A stretch of 64,000 bases of DNA from an uncultured Thermoplasmata archaeon (GTDB lineage: Archaea > Thermoplasmatota > Thermoplasmata > UBA10834): NCBI GenBank assembly GCA_963719945.1, contig CAVRDX010000004.1:224001-288000 (forward strand). Direction: 5' to 3'. Below the pieces are notes generated by a model. That model worked only from the letters and a program-made list of their open reading frames with translations, was not told where the DNA came from and did not search any database. Position 1 is the stretch's first letter. Every line of letters begins with the position of its first letter. Positions 62,603-64,000 of this stretch are shown one piece after another. Made by a program: the position numbers and the translations under genes.

Positions 62603-64000
62603 TCACTCGACCACGGTTATCAGGATCTCGATCCTGAACATGCTCGAGGATCCGAGGAACCCGAAGGTCGCCGCACCAACATATGTCCCAGGGATGGCGG
62701 GCATGCTGTAATCGATGCTGAACGAGTACAGGCCAGACGAAACTAACGGTTCTATCCCGATCGCTGTTGTATAGGTCCCTTCGACACCTATCTGGACGTT
62801 CAGTCCGAAGTATCCAGGGTTGCCGACCACCGTGTAGCCGAGAACCTTCACCAGGTATGTTCCATCAGCCACATCCCTCAAGGTGAGGCTCTCGTCCGAT
62901 CCGCCTGCTCCGACATACCAGTACGGCTCCGTCAATGACGCTATGCCGTCCTCGTTGGCATCGTACCAGACTCCCATATCGATGTCCGGGCAATCAGACA
63001 CTTCCCATACCGACACCTTCAGCAAGGCTGCGCTCTCGACATAGATCGGCATCGTGTATTCTGCATTCGCAAGGTCGGAGTCGAAGTTGCTGCTTAGGAC
63101 GCCCTGGTATATGGGCTCGTTCTCCCACAGGTACGATCTGGTCGGGTCCTCGCCGCTTCCGCTAGCCTCTATCTCGCCGTCAAGGTTCACATCGAACCAC
63201 GCAGGTATTGATCCCGCCAACGGATCTCCATCCGAGAGGTCCAGTTCGAATTCGACCGCGGACGGTTCAAGACCGTTCAGAACGATCATCTTCGTGTATC
63301 CTTCGAGTGTCTCTGTCGGCGCATCGCCTGATATGAGCGGACACCTTGTGACGACCGCGAACGGAGCAGGAGAGCCTACTGCGGTCTCATATGCACCTAG
63401 TGGAGCTGCTATCGCTTCCTTAGGTCCGCCCGTGTTCGTCCATGAGCCGAATATGCCCGCGCCCATGTACCGCTCGTCACTGGATGCGATACCTGTCTCA
63501 TAGTATCCCGGTCCATATGGGTCATCGAACACTCCACTCCATTCGCTCTCTGGATCAGTCGCGACTGGCGCGAGGATGTGTATGTTTATGTCGGTCGGCA
63601 GGTCTGTCCATTCGACGCATGTCAATAGGTACGCGTTCGGATCGGGCAGTTCCGTCGGAAGCGACCAGTATATTCTCCAGTCGCCTACCTCGAACCTCCA
63701 GTATTTGTCAGTCACACCAGTCACCTCGTTGTTGTATGGAGTGTCGAAGTAGGATTCACCGCCGAATTCGAACTCGTATGATTGCGCAGGCACGTGTATG
63801 ACGATCGGCATGCATTGCATCCTCTCGCCATCGTCTATGTAGACAGCTGCACCGTACGAGCCAACATATGCATCATCGGGTACCGAGACGAGCAGTTCCC
63901 ACGCGAGTTGTCCTCCCGCTGGGACTGTTGCGGTCAGGCTGGATGACCATTCCCCCGTCCCTGCCGCCCTCACTTTCGCCCATGGGAATTCGTCCAGTTC
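62603..64000 (-). CDS. C-terminal part of a large acidic extracellular protein, probably an S8 (pyrolysin-like) peptidase
   Basis: Frame is open to the window edge; beta-rich with a PPC-like module (DIDMGVWYD...ESLTL...GTYLVKV). The catalytic domain is not visible here. Confidence 0.55.
   Translation of the reverse strand, partial: ELDEFPWAKVRAAGTGEWSSSLTATVPAGGQLAWELLVSVPDDAYVGSYGAAVYIDDGERMQCMPIVIHVPAQSYEFEFGGESYFDTPYNNEVTGVTDKYWRFEVGDWRIYWSLPTELPDPNAYLLTCVEWTDLPTDINIHILAPVATDPESEWSGVFDDPYGPGYYETGIASSDERYMGAGIFGSWTNTGGPKEAIAAPLGAYETAVGSPAPFAVVTRCPLISGDAPTETLEGYTKMIVLNGLEPSAVEFELDLSDGDPLAGSIPAWFDVNLDGEIEASGSGEDPTRSYLWENEPIYQGVLSSNFDSDLANAEYTMPIYVESAALLKVSVWEVSDCPDIDMGVWYDANEDGIASLTEPYWYVGAGGSDESLTLRDVADGTYLVKVLGYTVVGNPGYFGLNVQIGVEGTYTTAIGIEPLVSSGLYSFSIDYSMPAIPGTYVGAATFGFLGSSSMFRIEILITVVE

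Overview
Archaeal chromosome segment, most consistent with a Thermoplasmatota (Thermoplasmata-like) lineage. The inference rests on a single fused RpoB with a Cys4 insertion, an N-terminally extended RpoA2, the order rpoH-B-A1-A2-L30e-nusA, a giant AglB, and ftsZ-secE-spt5-rpl11 synteny. Most of the window is housekeeping: cell division, transcription/translation, tRNA modification, GatDE, PurD, PyrF, ThyX, primase, Nfo and RqcH. There are two accessory-looking blocks. The first (about 6.4-11.0 kb) has a TBP remnant, an APC permease, two QW-repeat paralogs and a two-CW protein. The second (about 54.5-59.5 kb) has an eIF2B-like protein, a non-pyrrolysine MttB, an orphan ORF and an acyl-CoA transferase-GNAT fusion. 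The best-supported surprise is a tRNA-Lys(UUU) interrupted by two non-canonical introns (D-loop 20/21 and T-loop 59/60), each with a relaxed bulge-helix-bulge motif whose predicted cuts rebuild a normal cloverleaf. Other notable items: three FtsZ paralogs with a tandem-RHH CdrS-like regulator and candidate palindromic operators, Spt5 fused to an Ig-like domain, two candidate CTG start codons, and a 2194-aa AglB with a long beta-rich stalk. No CRISPR array, rRNA, integrase or transposase was seen. All calls come from reading the sequence; no database searches were run.
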